Source: Chiloscyllium plagiosum (Eukaryota). From it: DNA of 64,000 bases. Of this stretch, positions 1 through 12,064 are shown one piece after another; the first letter of the stretch is position 1; each line of letters begins with the position of its first letter. Both the position numbers and the translations under genes were made by a program. Location: the NCBI RefSeq assembly GCF_004010195.1, contig NC_057754.1, positions 13,174,224 to 13,238,223 on the forward strand, read 5' to 3'. The notes beneath the pieces are model-generated. The model was not told where the DNA came from and searched no databases. It saw only the letters and a list, made by a program, of their open reading frames with translations.

Positions 1-622
1 GGATATCTGGGTTTTGATTGTTGTTTTGACAGCAATTCAAATGCAACCAAAAAGTTTAAATAATGCTCAGAAAACCAGAAGCCAACGGGATTTGAACATT
101 ATTGTTTGGAAAGCAATCAATTTATGAGAAATACTGTATCATGGGGAGTCTATAAACCCAGCATTTTGAACACTAGAGGGAGAGCCACTGCCATCCAACA
201 ACAGAGTAACTGCTGTACAGCAGGAGTGCTAACTGGCAATCTCCAACACTCTCTATCAAAGGTACATGTGCATATCAAACCTACTTGCAGTAGAAAACAA
301 ACATGACCCAGCGAGATCAGCAGCTGGAAGAGTGAACACAGCGGGGAAGATGGAGACTATGTGGTCTTGAGATTGTAATGTTTAATATGTGGGTTGTTGG
401 TACAGCATATTTTTTACAGAGTTGGAGTGAGATAGTAAATAGTTAAGAAAAGATGAGCTTGTATTTGTGAATAGTTGTTGTTTAGTGTTCACTATTAAAG
501 TTAAGAAACTAACTTGTTAATTTTTGTTTAAATAGTGGAGTGTAGGAGATCTGTGTCACTCATATTTTAACAGACTATCCGGTGAATCGAGCTTTTCTGG
601 ATGTTTGGTTTTAATTAACCTT
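1..622 (+). mobile_element. Gypsy LTR (partial), inverted paralog of the 3' LTR at ~19255-19900
   Basis: Reverse complement aligns by eye along its length to 19270-19900, the LTR that adjoins the polypurine tract of the Gmr1 element. Confidence 0.85.
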
Positions 623-1663
623 GTAATTGTCCACCCACGTTAACCCAATTTCCCTGCAGTTGGCGGATATCCTTCTAGTCCTTTTCTATTCACATATTTA
701 TCCAAATGCTTTTGAAATGTTGTTAATGTACCCCCTTCGACCACATTTGCTGGCAGTCAAACACGTACCAGCCCTCTGTGCAAAGACGTGGCCCCTCAGG
801 TTCACTTATAGTCCTTCCCCTCTAACCTTAAACTGATCCCCTCTAATCCTCAATTATCTAAATCTTGGAAAAAGACTCATAGCATTAACCCTACCAATAC
901 CCCTCGTGATCTTATGCAGCTCTATAAGGACCCCCCCCCCCCCGCCCCCCTCAGTCTCCTACACTCTAAAGAAAAGGTTCTAGCTTGTCCAACCTCTCCC
1001 TATAACTCAGACCGTTGGGTCCTGGCAACGTCCTTGTCAATTTCTTCTGCACTCTTCCTAATATAACAACATCCTCTCCTTAACAAGTTGACAGAAACTG
1101 AACACAATATTCCAAATGAGGCCTTACCAAAGTCCTGTGTAACTGCAACTTAACTTCCCAACTTCTACGCTCAATATTCTTCCTGATGAAGGCCAGTGCA
1201 CCAAATGCCTTCTTCACTGCTTTGTCTACCTATGACTCCACTCTCACAGAACTGTGCACCTGAACGCGAAGGTCTTTCTGCCCACTACACCCCTTCAGTC
1301 ACTCCCATACACCGTGAAACTCCTACCTTGATTTGAGTTTCCAAACTGCAAGACCTCACACGTCTATATTAAACTCCATTTGCCATTTCTCAACCTACAT
1401 CCCCAACCTGATAAAGGTCCTGTTGCAATTTCTGATAAACGTCCTCACTGAGCACAATACCACTTATTTTAGTGTCATCTACAAGCTTATTAATGATGCC
1501 TTGTACATTCTCAACCCAAGCATGGATAACAAACAGCAATGGACCCAGCCTCCGATCTGATAAGCATCCTTCCACTAAACCCTCTGCTTCCTACCATCAA
1601 GCCAACTGTGTATCCAATTGGCCAATTCCGCCAGCATTCCACATGATGGAACCTTCCAGTGCA

Positions 1664-3259
1664 AAGGAGAAAGTGAGGACTGCAGATGTTAGAGGTCAGA
1701 GCTGAAAAATGTGTTGCTGGAAAAGCGCAGCAGGTCAGGCAGCATCCAAGGAGCAGGAGAATTGACGTTTCGGGCATAAGCGCATCTTCAGGAATGAGGA
1801 AGATGTACCAAGCAGGCTAAGATATTAGATAGGGAGGAGGGACTTGCGGGAGGGGCGTTGGGAATGCGATAGGTGGAAGGAGGTTAAGGTGAGGGTGATA
1901 GGCCGGAGGGGGTGTGGGGGCGGAGAGGTCAGGAAGAAGATTGCAGGTCAAGAAGGCGTTGCTTACTCCGAGGGTTGGGACTGAGATAAGGTGGGGGGAG
2001 GGGAAATGAGGAAGCTGGAGAAATCTGCATTCATCCCTTGTGGTTGGAGGGTTCCTAGGCGCAAGATGAGGCGCTCTTCCTCCAGGCGTCGTGTTGCCAT
2101 AGTCTGGTGATGGAGGACGCCAAGGACCTGCATGCCTTGGTGGAGTGGGAGGGGGAGTTAAAGTGTTCAGCCACGGGGCGGTTGGGTTGGTTGGTGTGGG
2201 TGTCCCAGAGATATTCTCTGAAGCGTTCCACAAGTAGGAGGCCGGTCTCCGCAACATAGAGGAGGCCACATCGGGTGCAGCAGATGCAGTAAATGATGTG
2301 TGTGGAGGAGCAGGTGAATTTGTGATGGATATGGAAGGATCCCTTGGGGCCTTGGAGGGAAGTGAGGGGGAGGTGTGAGCGTAAGTTTTGCATTTCTTGC
2401 GGTTGCAGGGGAAGGTGCCGGGAGTGGAAGTTGGGTTGGTGGGGGGTGTGGACTTGACGAGGGAGTCGCGGAAGGAGAGGTCTTTCCGTAATGCAACGCC
2501 CTCCGCGACTCCCTCGTCAGGTCCACACCCCTCACCAACCCATACTCCACTCCTAGCACCTTCCCTGCAACCGCAGGAAATGCAAAACTTGCGCCCACAC
2601 CTCCCCCCTTACTTCCTGCCAAGGCCCCAAGGGATCCTTCCATATACGTCACAAATTCACCTGCACCTCCACACACATCATTTCCTGTATCCGCTGTACA
2701 CTATGTGGCCTCCTCTACATTGGGGAGACAGGCGGCCTACTTGCGGAAAGTTTCAGAGAACACCTCTGGGACACCCGCACCAACCAACCCAAACGCCCCG
2801 TGGTGGAACACTTTAACACCCCCTCCCACTCCGCCAAGGACATGAAAGTCCTTGGCATCCTCCATTGACAGACCATGGCAACACGATGCCTGGAGGAAGA
2901 GCACCTCAACTTCCGCCTAGGAAACCTCCAACCACAAGTGATGATTGCATATTTCTCCAGATTCCTCATTTCCCCTCCCCCCACATTATCTCAGTCCCAA
3001 CCCTCGGACTCAGCACCGCCTTCTTGACCTGCAATCTTCTTCACGACCTCTCCAATCCCACCCCCTCTCCGGCCTATCACCTCACCTTAACCTCCTTCCA
3101 CCTAGCGCATTCCCAATGCCCCTCCCCCAAGTACCTTTTATCTTAGCCTGCTTGGCCCACCTTCCTCATTCCTAGAGAAGGGCTTATGCCCCAAACGTCG
3201 ATTATCCTGCTCCTAGGATGTTGCCTGACCTGCTGCGCTTTTCCAGTAACACATTTTTC
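1664..3259. mobile_element. Palindromic Penelope-like element insertion (two GIY-YIG/3' ends, tails pointing outward) with 14-bp TSD
   Basis: The GIY-YIG region FTCSSTHIIYCICCTRCGLLYVAET..ERFREY is on the minus strand, with a mirror copy on plus; the inversion centre is ~2488. AACCTTCCAGTGCA occurs at 1650-1663 and 3260-3273. Confidence 0.9.
1762..1794 (-). ncRNA. Minimal hammerhead-ribozyme motif in PLE tail
   Basis: Minus strand reads ttc-CTGAAGA-t-gcgc-ttat-gccc-GAAAC-GTC: CUGANGA core, stem II with one mismatch, GAAAC, GUC. Confidence 0.65.
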
Positions 3260-3439
3260 AACCTTCCAGTGCAGCCTGCCCTGTGGTAGCTTATTAAAGG
3301 CCTTAATGAAATCCATAGAGACTACGTCTACCGCTCGGCCCTCATCAGCCTTCTTGATCATTTCATCAAAGAACGCTAACAAATTTGGGAAGCATGATCT
3401 CCCACTCAAAAGTCTATGCTGACTGCTCCGAATCAAACC

Positions 3440-4360
3440 CCGTGTAAGTAATGGGTGCAGTCAATGGTATGCTGTCCTTCATTGTATGATGATTCAAGTA
3501 CATAAGTAAAGCTATCTTCCTGCTGTTGTTGAGTCTTGCTGAGAGAGTGGTTGGGACACTCACTTCAGATTTGATATCCTTGGTAAGGAACGGTCTCCTT
3601 TCCACAGCTACGAATGATGGTAACATGAGGATAGAGTAAAGAAGCTGCGTGTTTAATCTGTAGAGCTGTGAGAGACGAAGAAATGGTGTTGCTGAAACAC
3701 AAGGAGTGGCAGCGATCACTCAATTCCAAAAGAGACATTGATAGGGTAAGAAATTCCATACTTTACACAGGATGGTTTGGTTTGTTTTGTTGTCACGTGT
3801 ACCTCAGTACAGGGAAACACTTTATTTATGAGCAGTGGAGGCAGGTCATAGTAAGCATGGTCAGGTAGATCATAGGGTGGAAATAGATTTGTGCAGAGTA
3901 AGGCACACAGGTTGCACTGCACATGACAAACACTCGACAAGATCAACATGAACAAGATCAGCATTATTTGATCTTGGAGATCCATTCATCAGTCTAACAT
4001 GACTTTCCTAATAGTTTATATGCCTAAATTAACTCTCCCTGCATTATTGTACAGTCGGCGTGTGAACCCGTACTAAACGTCATGTTCACAATCCCCAACT
4101 GCAGCCACAAAATCTTCCATCTGCAACAGGTAGCCATTCCCACCAGCTTATTCCCCATATAGAGAACACCAGGCTGGATTCTCGGTGATTGAAGGTGCCT
4201 TCTTGAGACTTCACACAGGGTTCCCTGTTCACCGCTAGAAAACCATGTTAAAGTCCCACGTGTGTATCATGAGCAACAGAGCCACGAGGAACAACGTGGA
4301 GCAGTCTGTCTGTGCAGCCTCTGCTCCACTTGTTCATCATGTTACAGCATCAAGTAGGAG
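3440..4360 (+). pseudogene. PIF/Harbinger DDE transposase relic (interrupted ~3765-4000 by another repeat tail)
   Basis: Across frameshifts the sequence reads IIVQSACEPVLNVMFTIPNCSHKIFHLQQ, GWILGD*RCLLET and RATRNNVEQSV. These match the HARBI1-type motifs NVQLVCD..PGS.HD.FIL, LGD.GYPL and TR..IEQ. Confidence 0.7.
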
Positions 4361-4554
4361 ACAGTGAGGACTGCCCTTGCTGGATATTTGAGTAGTGAGT
4401 GGATTGCTGGAAAAACACAGCAGGTCAGGCAGCATCCGACGAGCAGGTTAATTCACGTTTTGGGCATCAGCCATAATCAGGAAATCAGCGTCAATTACCT
4501 CATTCTGTCCCTTTGTAAGTGCGTTGAGGGGGGAATGGCCTCCTCATGTCCTGT

Positions 4555-4830
4555 ATAAGTGACCTAAAGGGCTGACTGGCCTCCTCCTCTTCCTGTGTAA
4601 GAGAGTCCAGGGGCTGAATGGCCTCATCCTGTTCCTGTGTAAGTAGTTCCAGGGGCTGAATAGCCTCATCCTGTTCCTGTGTAAGAGACTCAAGGGGCTG
4701 AATGGCCTCATCCTGTTCCTGTGTAAGAGACTCAAGGGGCCGAATGGCCTCCTCCTGTTCCTGTGTAAGAGACTCAAGGGGCTGAATGGCCTCATCCTGT
4801 TCGTGTGTCAGTGACTCATAGGACTGAATG
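4555..4830. repeat. 42-bp minisatellite, ~6 copies
   Basis: Unit GGGGCTGAATGGCCTCATCCTGTTCCTGTGTAAGAGACTCAA recurs near 4569, 4611, 4653, 4695, 4737 and 4779. Confidence 0.95.
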
Positions 4831-4915
4831 GTTTCTTCCTCGTCCGATTGGACAGGGCCAAAGGCCTGACTGGGTTACCCCTGGTTCCTGTTTGACAGCT
4901 CGATGTGCTGACAAG

Positions 4916-5556
4916 TGTGATGCTGCTGCAGTTTTAAGCGATTATTTTGTCCCGCTTTCTTTTCAGAGATAGATTGAATGATCGTTACCAAGCTGGATAG
5001 TTAAATCACTGAGTAAACAGCGAGGGAGGCCTTGTGTTTATTTTAATGCAGACTGAATGGGTGTGGCCAGCTCTCACAGATTAGGATCTCTGGGTTTTGG
5101 TTCCTCAGTAACGTCAGAAACTATTGGGGTCTCCACAGTGTTGGAAACTTCAGTGACTATCTCCTGGCTGCTACTCTGTCTGAATTTTCTCTTGGCGCTG
5201 TTTTTAATTCCTGGATTGGAGAAATGTTTGTGACATTCTGTGTCTGAATATTGCTTTTTGCCAGGGACTGTGTTTATGGGATTTTCCTATATTGGAACAG
5301 TTCATTAGTAATAGTTCCTAGATCTATTATTCTGTTACCTTGTCCAATAGAATTACATTACTCTAAATTCCTCTTTCTTTGGTTTCATTTTCTCGTTTGT
5401 GTTTAAATAAATGGTGTTTTGCTTCACAACGAGTAGTTTGACCAGTCACATTGCATCTGGAACAGACACTTTACATTTCCATTAAAATAAGAAAACATTA
5501 GAATCTCGGCTACCGCCTTCAAATATTTTCGAGGGGCTCTCGTGTGGTCCATCGCA
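4916..5556 (+). mobile_element. Solo LTR (TG...CA) with imperfect 4-bp TSD
   Basis: Starts TGTGA and ends TCGCA; flanks are caag/ctag. Inverted paralog at 16255-16899; same family as 40504-41105 and the LTRs starting at 44678 and 51748. Confidence 0.8.
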
Positions 5557-6639
5557 CTAGACTCCTTCTGTTCCTGAGTAACATGCTGGAGGCACTGAAT
5601 GGGCTGTCCCTGTTTTTCTCCAATAGTGTCAATGGACTGAACGACTTCCTCATATTCCTGTGAAACCAGCGTCAGGTGCTGAATGAACTCTTGTTTTACT
5701 GTGGCAATATGCAGTGTCCGGCAGTGCTGTTACATGAATTTTATAGACCCTTTAATAGCACACGCCTCAATGGAGTCTGGGTCTTGCTGCACATGTTCAC
5801 AGACCAGTTCAGGAGCTGATGGGTACAAAATGTTCTGAACATTGTGGAATCTTCAGTGACCATCCACACATTCTGATCTTATGGTGGGGCGGGTGGGGGC
5901 GGGGAGACAATGGTGAAGCTGCTGAAGATGTTTGTGAAGAGGAAGCTAACCTGAGGATCTCCCACTGAGGTAACCCAGACTGAGCCGAGGAACATCTCCC
6001 TTTGTGCCATGTTTGACTCCAAACACTGGAGAGTTTACTCTGATTCCCATTAAGCCCAGTTTTGTTAAGCTCCTTGATTTCAACAGACGTTTACCACTGC
6101 CTTGATATCAGGGCCAGTCATTTTTGCCTGAACCCTTGTGTCAACCGCTTTTGTTCACATCAATAGGCCATGGTAGAGAAGCAGCAAGTGTTCTCTTCAA
6201 ACAGGTGGTATTTAATGTCTGTATTTCTCTTCTCAAGAGTGTTGGGGTAGCTAGATGTCTGAAATTATTTGAAAAGGAAGTAGATGGATATTGACCTGTC
6301 CGAGGCACAAGTTGGAGAGGGGGACGCTCTGTAAAGAGAGATGAGGGGCCTCTTTCAAACCCGTGCCTGGATTTTCTAATTACAATTCCCAAATCGCTCA
6401 AAGCGTGTGTGACAGTCTTGAGGGGCTGAATGGTCTCCTCTGTTTCTGTGCACTAGTTTACAGCAGTAAGTAGCCTCCAACTGCTCCTGCCGAGCAATTT
6501 TGAGGGGCTGAATGGAACACAGAAATATGGGACTGAGGAGCAGGAGTGGGTCATTAGACACTTTGACCCTTCTCCACCAGGCACTAAGATTGTGGCCGAT
6601 CAGGTTGTGGACTCAGTCCCACTTTCCTGTCTGTATCCC

Positions 6640-7760
6640 ACTTACTCTGACAACACTTTCTGTACACACACCACTCTCTTTGTGAAACAATTATCTTCAG
6701 GTCCGTTCTAAATCATTCGCCCTCACGTCTTCAGTCTATGCCCTCTTGTTCTGGACTCCCCTATCCAGGGGGGGAATAAGGTGGCTGTTCAGAATATCCA
6801 TGCCCCTGATGGTTTTATAAACCTCTATAATGTCACACCTCAGCCTTTGCCACCCCAGGGGGGAAGCAGCTCAACCTAATCAACCTCTCCCTAAAGCTCA
6901 AACCTCCAGTCCTGGAACAACTGTGTCCATGTTTTCTGCAGGCAACCGAGTTGTACACAGTATTCTTAAAGTGACCTTACCAACATCCTGCACGGATGCA
7001 ACATTCCACCCCAACTCCTATACTCAATGCTCCGACTGATTAAGGCAAATGTGCTAAATGTGTTCTGTCCCACTCTGTCTACCTGCGACTTAACTTTCAA
7101 CTTGCACCTGCAGTCCCATGTCCCTTCTTCCATAACACTCCCCATGACATTACCATCAAGTGTATAATTTCTGTACTATTTGACTTCCGAAAATGAAAAA
7201 CCTCGTATATATCTAAATTAAGCTTCATCTGTCACTCCTTGCCTCTTTGCCTCATCTAACTGTGGTCTCGTTGTCCTCTGAGATAATCTACTACACCACA
7301 TTTCTGATGTAATCTGTAAACTTATAAATTATGGTCCCGATATTCACATCTATATTTACATAAATAATGAAATGCAGTGAACTCAGTACGGATTCATACA
7401 GCACACTGCTGTTCACAAGTCTCCAGTCTGAACAGTATCCCACTTCCTTCAAGCCAATTGTGACTAGCTTCCTCTGTATCCCATGAGACCGAACCTGTCT
7501 ACCAATTTGTATGCCAATCGGAATGTTATGCTGAGGTCCATATAGACAATGTCTACCAAACTGCCTTTATCAATCTTCTTTGTAACCTCTTCATAAAACT
7601 CAATCAAATTAATGAGACATGATTTCCCATGCAGAAAGCCACGTCGACTAGCCCGATCAGCTCTTGCCTTCCCAAATGTATGTAAATCCTGTCCCTCAGA
7701 ATCCCCTCCAATAACCTTTCCACGACTGACATCAGGTTCACCGGTCTATAGTTCTCCGGC
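6640..7760 (-). mobile_element. CR1 LINE ORF2 3' fragment
   Basis: Decayed CR1 RT and 3' sequence; paralogous to ~55130-56270. Confidence 0.8.
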
Positions 7761-8290
7761 TTTTTGGGTCACTGTTTTCTTTTCTCGTTCCACTCCTCCG
7801 CTACTCACAACAAATGTTACATGTAACCAGATTGGTGATATGACCAATGATATCGGTCTCAGACTGGGTCAGGGTCAGTTTTAGGAACAAGTCAAGCTAG
7901 TTTCTTTAATCTGCTAAAATCGCACGTTTATGATTCAGAGCAATGTGACTCAAACTATGATGAATGGCAAACTGTTTGGATATTGCTGATAAAGAATCGA
8001 TATTTCCCTTTCTAAAAACACTGGCGCACGTACAGACACACACACACACAAAACCAATAAACAAAATATCTGCAATTTGAATTTGAAAGAACTTTGTCCA
8101 GACATTAGTGTAACTCATTCAAAAAACAAAATTGAGAGATTGTCCAAAATGTCATTCTGCTTCTGAAGATATTCTACTCACACAAACTGTTAGCAATGGG
8201 ATTTCATCCTGGAACAGTTGGATTTGGCTGAATTCCCCTTGCATTACACATTGAGGAGATTCCAATGAATTCTGGTCACGGATAACCCAA

Positions 8291-8630
8291 AGGGTGGCAC
8301 ATTGACGCAGTGATTAGCACTCCTGCCTCACAGTACCAGGAACGTGGGTTCGATTCCAGCCTCAGGTGACTATCTGTGTGGGGTTTGTACATTCTCCCTT
8401 TGTCTGTGTGAGCTTCTGATGGGTGCTCCACTTTCCTCCCACAGCTCAAACTGTGTACTTTATGTGAATTGGTCATGCTAAATTGTCCGTAGTGTTCAGG
8501 GATTTCTAGGTTAGGTGCATTAGTCAGGGGTAAAACTCGGAAAACGGACCTAGGTAGGTTACCTTTTGGAAGGTTGGTATGGACTTGTTGGGCCAAAGAG
8601 CCTGTTTCCACACTGCATGAATTCTTTAAT
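8291..8630 (+). mobile_element. tRNA-derived SINE (HE1-like shark SINE)
   Basis: A-box-like head, GGTTCGATTCC B box, conserved core GGAGTTTGCACATTCTCCC-like, tail CCTGTTTCCACACTG. Confidence 0.85.
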
Positions 8631-9059
8631 AATGAGATTAGTAATGATGACCGTATAGGTGATTTCTTTTAGCTCACACACATTACTGTGATGAGGAATA
8701 ATGAGGGAGAGAGATAGTGTAATAGGACATTCCTTCACAGGCAGATTACATTTTCTTCCTCTCTGAGTTGAATCACACAGCAATGTCATCCTTTCCCAAA
8801 GTGGACCATGTGAGATCTCATTGTACATTGTCCAAACTATGTCTCCATCACATTCCCTGTTTCATGCAGGTGTATCATTGTTGCTGTCATGCACAGAGCC
8901 ATACCCATAGCAGAAAATGGTCTTGGTCGATTTGAAGATATATTTATATGTCCATACGTCATTAAAAAAGAAAATATTTAATGTATTAAGAATACCTGTG
9001 TTAAAATGAATGCATTTTTTAACAAATACAGAAACTGCTGGAAAAGCTCGGCAGGTCTA

Positions 9060-9292
9060 TCTTTACCAAGATGCCTTTCACATGCTGTAGTTGTACCAGC
9101 CTCCATCACTTCCTCTGGCAGCTCATTCCATACGCACACTACCCTCCGCGTGAAAAGGTGCCTCTTAGGCTTCTTCAAAACCTTTCTCCTCTCACTTTCA
9201 TCCAATGCCCTCTAGTTTTGGACGCCCCTATCCTGGGGAAAAATCCTGACTACTCACCCTATCCATGAGCATTCTGATTTTATAAACCTCTA
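9060..9292 (-). mobile_element. CR1 3' fragment
   Basis: Peptide FTRRVVCVWNELPEEVMEA, the CR1 ORF2 C-terminus. Confidence 0.85.
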
Positions 9293-10269
9293 CTGCGACA
9301 AAATGTGACTCCAATCAACACAAATGGTTGAACTTTCAGTCACTCGGATCCTAAATTCTGAAATTCAATACTGACACCTCTTCTTTCTCCATGTAGTCAC
9401 AATTCTAAAACCAGCTTAATCATTTTGTCATGTATTATGAAACACTTCTGTGGGATTTACAATCAGACCTTTATGCCTGGAAGTAGGGACACTAGCACCA
9501 CTCGGCAATACCCATAAAGCTGCAACATTATTCTCCTCTGTACTTACTCATCAGCCTGTTCTGACACCCTGTGACATACCTCTGCAACACGCAGGACTTG
9601 AATCCAGTCCTACTAGTCCAGAACGCTACCACATAATTTCATGAATTGGAATGAAATCTAGAATTCTGGCTCAGAGGCAGGGACACTACCCACTACATGA
9701 CCATACCCAGATTTTGAGTCATATTTGAAGTGTCAGCTTTCAGCTCGGTGTAGATTTATTATAATCAGGTTACCATTACTGAGCTACACAAAGCACTTCG
9801 TTTTGTTAAACAAGTGCAAGATATTTGTCTCAACTGTAGGATGCTGAGTGTACGTGCTGCGCCATCGAAATTAAATATGAACGTCTTTAATCGCTATTAT
9901 CTCTAGTCTAAAATATTAGGGAAAGATATCCTGCAGAAACACTCAACCCAATGAAGGGTCTCAAATAGATTTTTATCACTGAACACCACAGACAAAGAAA
10001 AAGCATAATTTTAGGCCCCAAAACACCGATCGGCATTACCCAACTCTCACGTGTTACTGCCCTCTTCCTAAAACCATGAAATAATTCCAGGCCGCTGATT
10101 AGTGTCCAGAGTTTCCTCCTCACGGACTGTATCTGCAATCTGTCCCTCCTCCCCTAACTACACAAGGCAAACCAAGCTCAGAGTCTTCGTGAAAATGAAG
10201 GCCGACTGGAGACGGGGAGGATATTTTAAAGGGGGACAGTGAGGAGGTGATAATATCACACACTGGGCT

Positions 10270-11110
10270 GAGGGGTGGCAGATGGAGTTTAGTTTGCATT
10301 AATGCGAGGTATTGGATTTGGTAAACCAACCAAGAGCAGGACATATACAATTAAAAGCAGGGCCTTTGGCAGTGTTGTAGAACAGAGACCTAGGCCGTCA
10401 GGTATAATTCTATAAAATTTGCATCTCATATAGATAGTGTGGTTACGAAGGTGTTTAACACACTTGCCTTCATTGATCAGACCTTTGAGTATCGGAATTG
10501 GGACGTCATGTTGAGGTTGTACAGGATAATGGTGAGGCTTCTTCTGGAATACTGTGTCCAGTCTGGTCATCCTGCCTGCTCATTCTATAGGCACACCAGC
10601 CTCTGGGTGAAAAGGCTGCCCCATAGGTCACTTTTAAATGTTTCCCCTCTCACCTTAAACCTGTACCGTCTAGTTTTGGTCTCCCCTGCCCTTAGAAAAC
10701 ATCTTGACTATTCACTTTGATATTACTGACCTTGATATTATTAAACTGTAGAGGATTGAGCAGACATTAACCTGGATGTTGCTGGGAATGGAGGGAGTGA
10801 GCTATAAGGAGAGGCTGGATAGACTGGGGCTATTTTCACTGGAGAGTATGAGATTAAGGGGTAACTTTACAGAGGTTTATAAAATCATGAGGGGTACAGA
10901 AAAGCTGAAGGGCTGATGTCTTTTCCCTAGAGTTGGGGGTTCAAAACTGAGAGATATTTTAAGGTGCGAGGAAAAAGATTTACAAAAGTCGTGAGACGTA
11001 ATTATTTTAGATAGAAGCTGGCTTGTGTGTGGAATGAACTTCCAGAGGAAGTGGTGAAAGCAGGGACAGTTACAATGTTTGAAGGATATTTAGATCAGTA
11101 CATGTTTAAG
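10270..11110 (+). mobile_element. CR1 ORF2 3' fragment with an internal oppositely oriented piece (~10570-10720)
   Basis: Peptides LAFIDQTFEYRNWDVMLRLYRIMVRLLLEYCVQ and VWNELPEEVV. Confidence 0.85.
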
Positions 11111-11299
11111 ACATCAGTTTGGGTGGTGCTGTGAGCAGCTGCCCTCTCCCTCCCTCTCTCTAAATTAACCCCTGTTGGTTTTTACCCTCTGGCAATGCCT
11201 GTGCAGTGGCGTGCGGAGGACAACGGAGGGTAGCATTGCATCACTTTAAGCACCACAGAGACTGCCAGACCTGCCCCACACAGGCATACACGGGAATTG

Positions 11300-12064
11300 T
11301 CCGGGCGCAGCGTGAAGCTCATTTGTTAACTTAAACTAAACATAAAGAAATGCTCAATTCGCCTCGTAAACTGTTAAAATATGTGTGACAGAGAACTCCC
11401 AAATTCCACTGTTTACATAATAACATCAATTTATAATTTTGACCCTGAAAGTGAACATTTTACATCAAGCATTCTGAACTCTGAGACCCCCTTTCTCTTA
11501 ACTGCTTGTTATACAACTCCAATTCTATTACGATATACTGTATTAAATAAGACACATTTAAAATTTCACTAATTTAATTTAAAAATTACACAGCAACTGT
11601 TGTTACTGTGTCTTCTTGTGGCCAAAGATCTCCCTGGGTCACCTTCTTTCTTTTTACTGCGAGTATGTTCCATATGAAAAGGTACCTTTGATAGAGTGTT
11701 TCCGAATCTCTTGGATCTGTGTTGATGGCATTTACTCTGTCTGCAATCCTCTAAATGCCTGCATTTTTAATATCCACAATGTCGGATCATCTCATTGGTT
11801 CAATTTTCGAAAACCAATAAATTCAAACTCGTTTTGGTTTTAGTATCCTGTTGCATAATTTAAACTGATTGGTAAAATTCCAATTGTTGTCCAAGGAGCA
11901 ACCATCTCAGGGATCTATTTCACAGCCAAATGTGATATATTTTCAGTTGTCCTTCACACTCTGGGTCTGCCATCCTCTCATATCACACGTCCTTGGAAGC
12001 TCTCAGTTCAGAACAGCTTTCCCTCTCTCTTAAAGGTACATATACACTTTCAACTACATTACAT
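11300..12064 (-). mobile_element. Gypsy LTR fragment
   Basis: Similar to 19300-20018 (e.g. CTGTTAAAATAT..GTGACA..TTCCACT); ends in ...CA. Confidence 0.7.

Larger units (their letters stand above)
625..3440 (-). mobile_element. CR1 LINE ORF2 (RT) 3' fragment, interrupted by PLE insertion 1664-3259
   Basis: Minus-strand peptides GRSCFPNLLAFFDEM..VDVVSMDFIKAFNKLPQGRL and LGPLLFVI..KLVDDTK are typical CR1 RT motifs. The uninterrupted paralog is at ~18110-19250. Confidence 0.9.
7755..10036 (-). pseudogene. MHC-like pseudogene copy 1: putative leader (10036-9948), class I alpha2/beta1-like exon (8962-8182, SINE-split), truncated C1-Ig exon (7910-~7755)
   Basis: Donor GTGAGT at 8181-8176 and acceptor ATTTTAGCAG at 7920-7911. 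Peptides include YKYIFK..IFCYGY..RECDG, HSLDNVQ*DLTWSTL and DLFLKLTLTQSETDIIGHITNLVTCNI. Differences from copy 2 are often synonymous. Family assigned by eye only. Confidence 0.5.

Noticed and set aside
7803..7808. GTGAGT as donor closing a 102-bp exon
   Set aside because: Not conserved in the paralog (GTGGCC); the C1-like pattern appears to continue until the CR1 insertion.
8291..8365. tRNA gene (A/B boxes)
   Set aside because: Continues into the SINE core and tail, with no cloverleaf; the same applies at ~47960-48020 and ~58140-58210.
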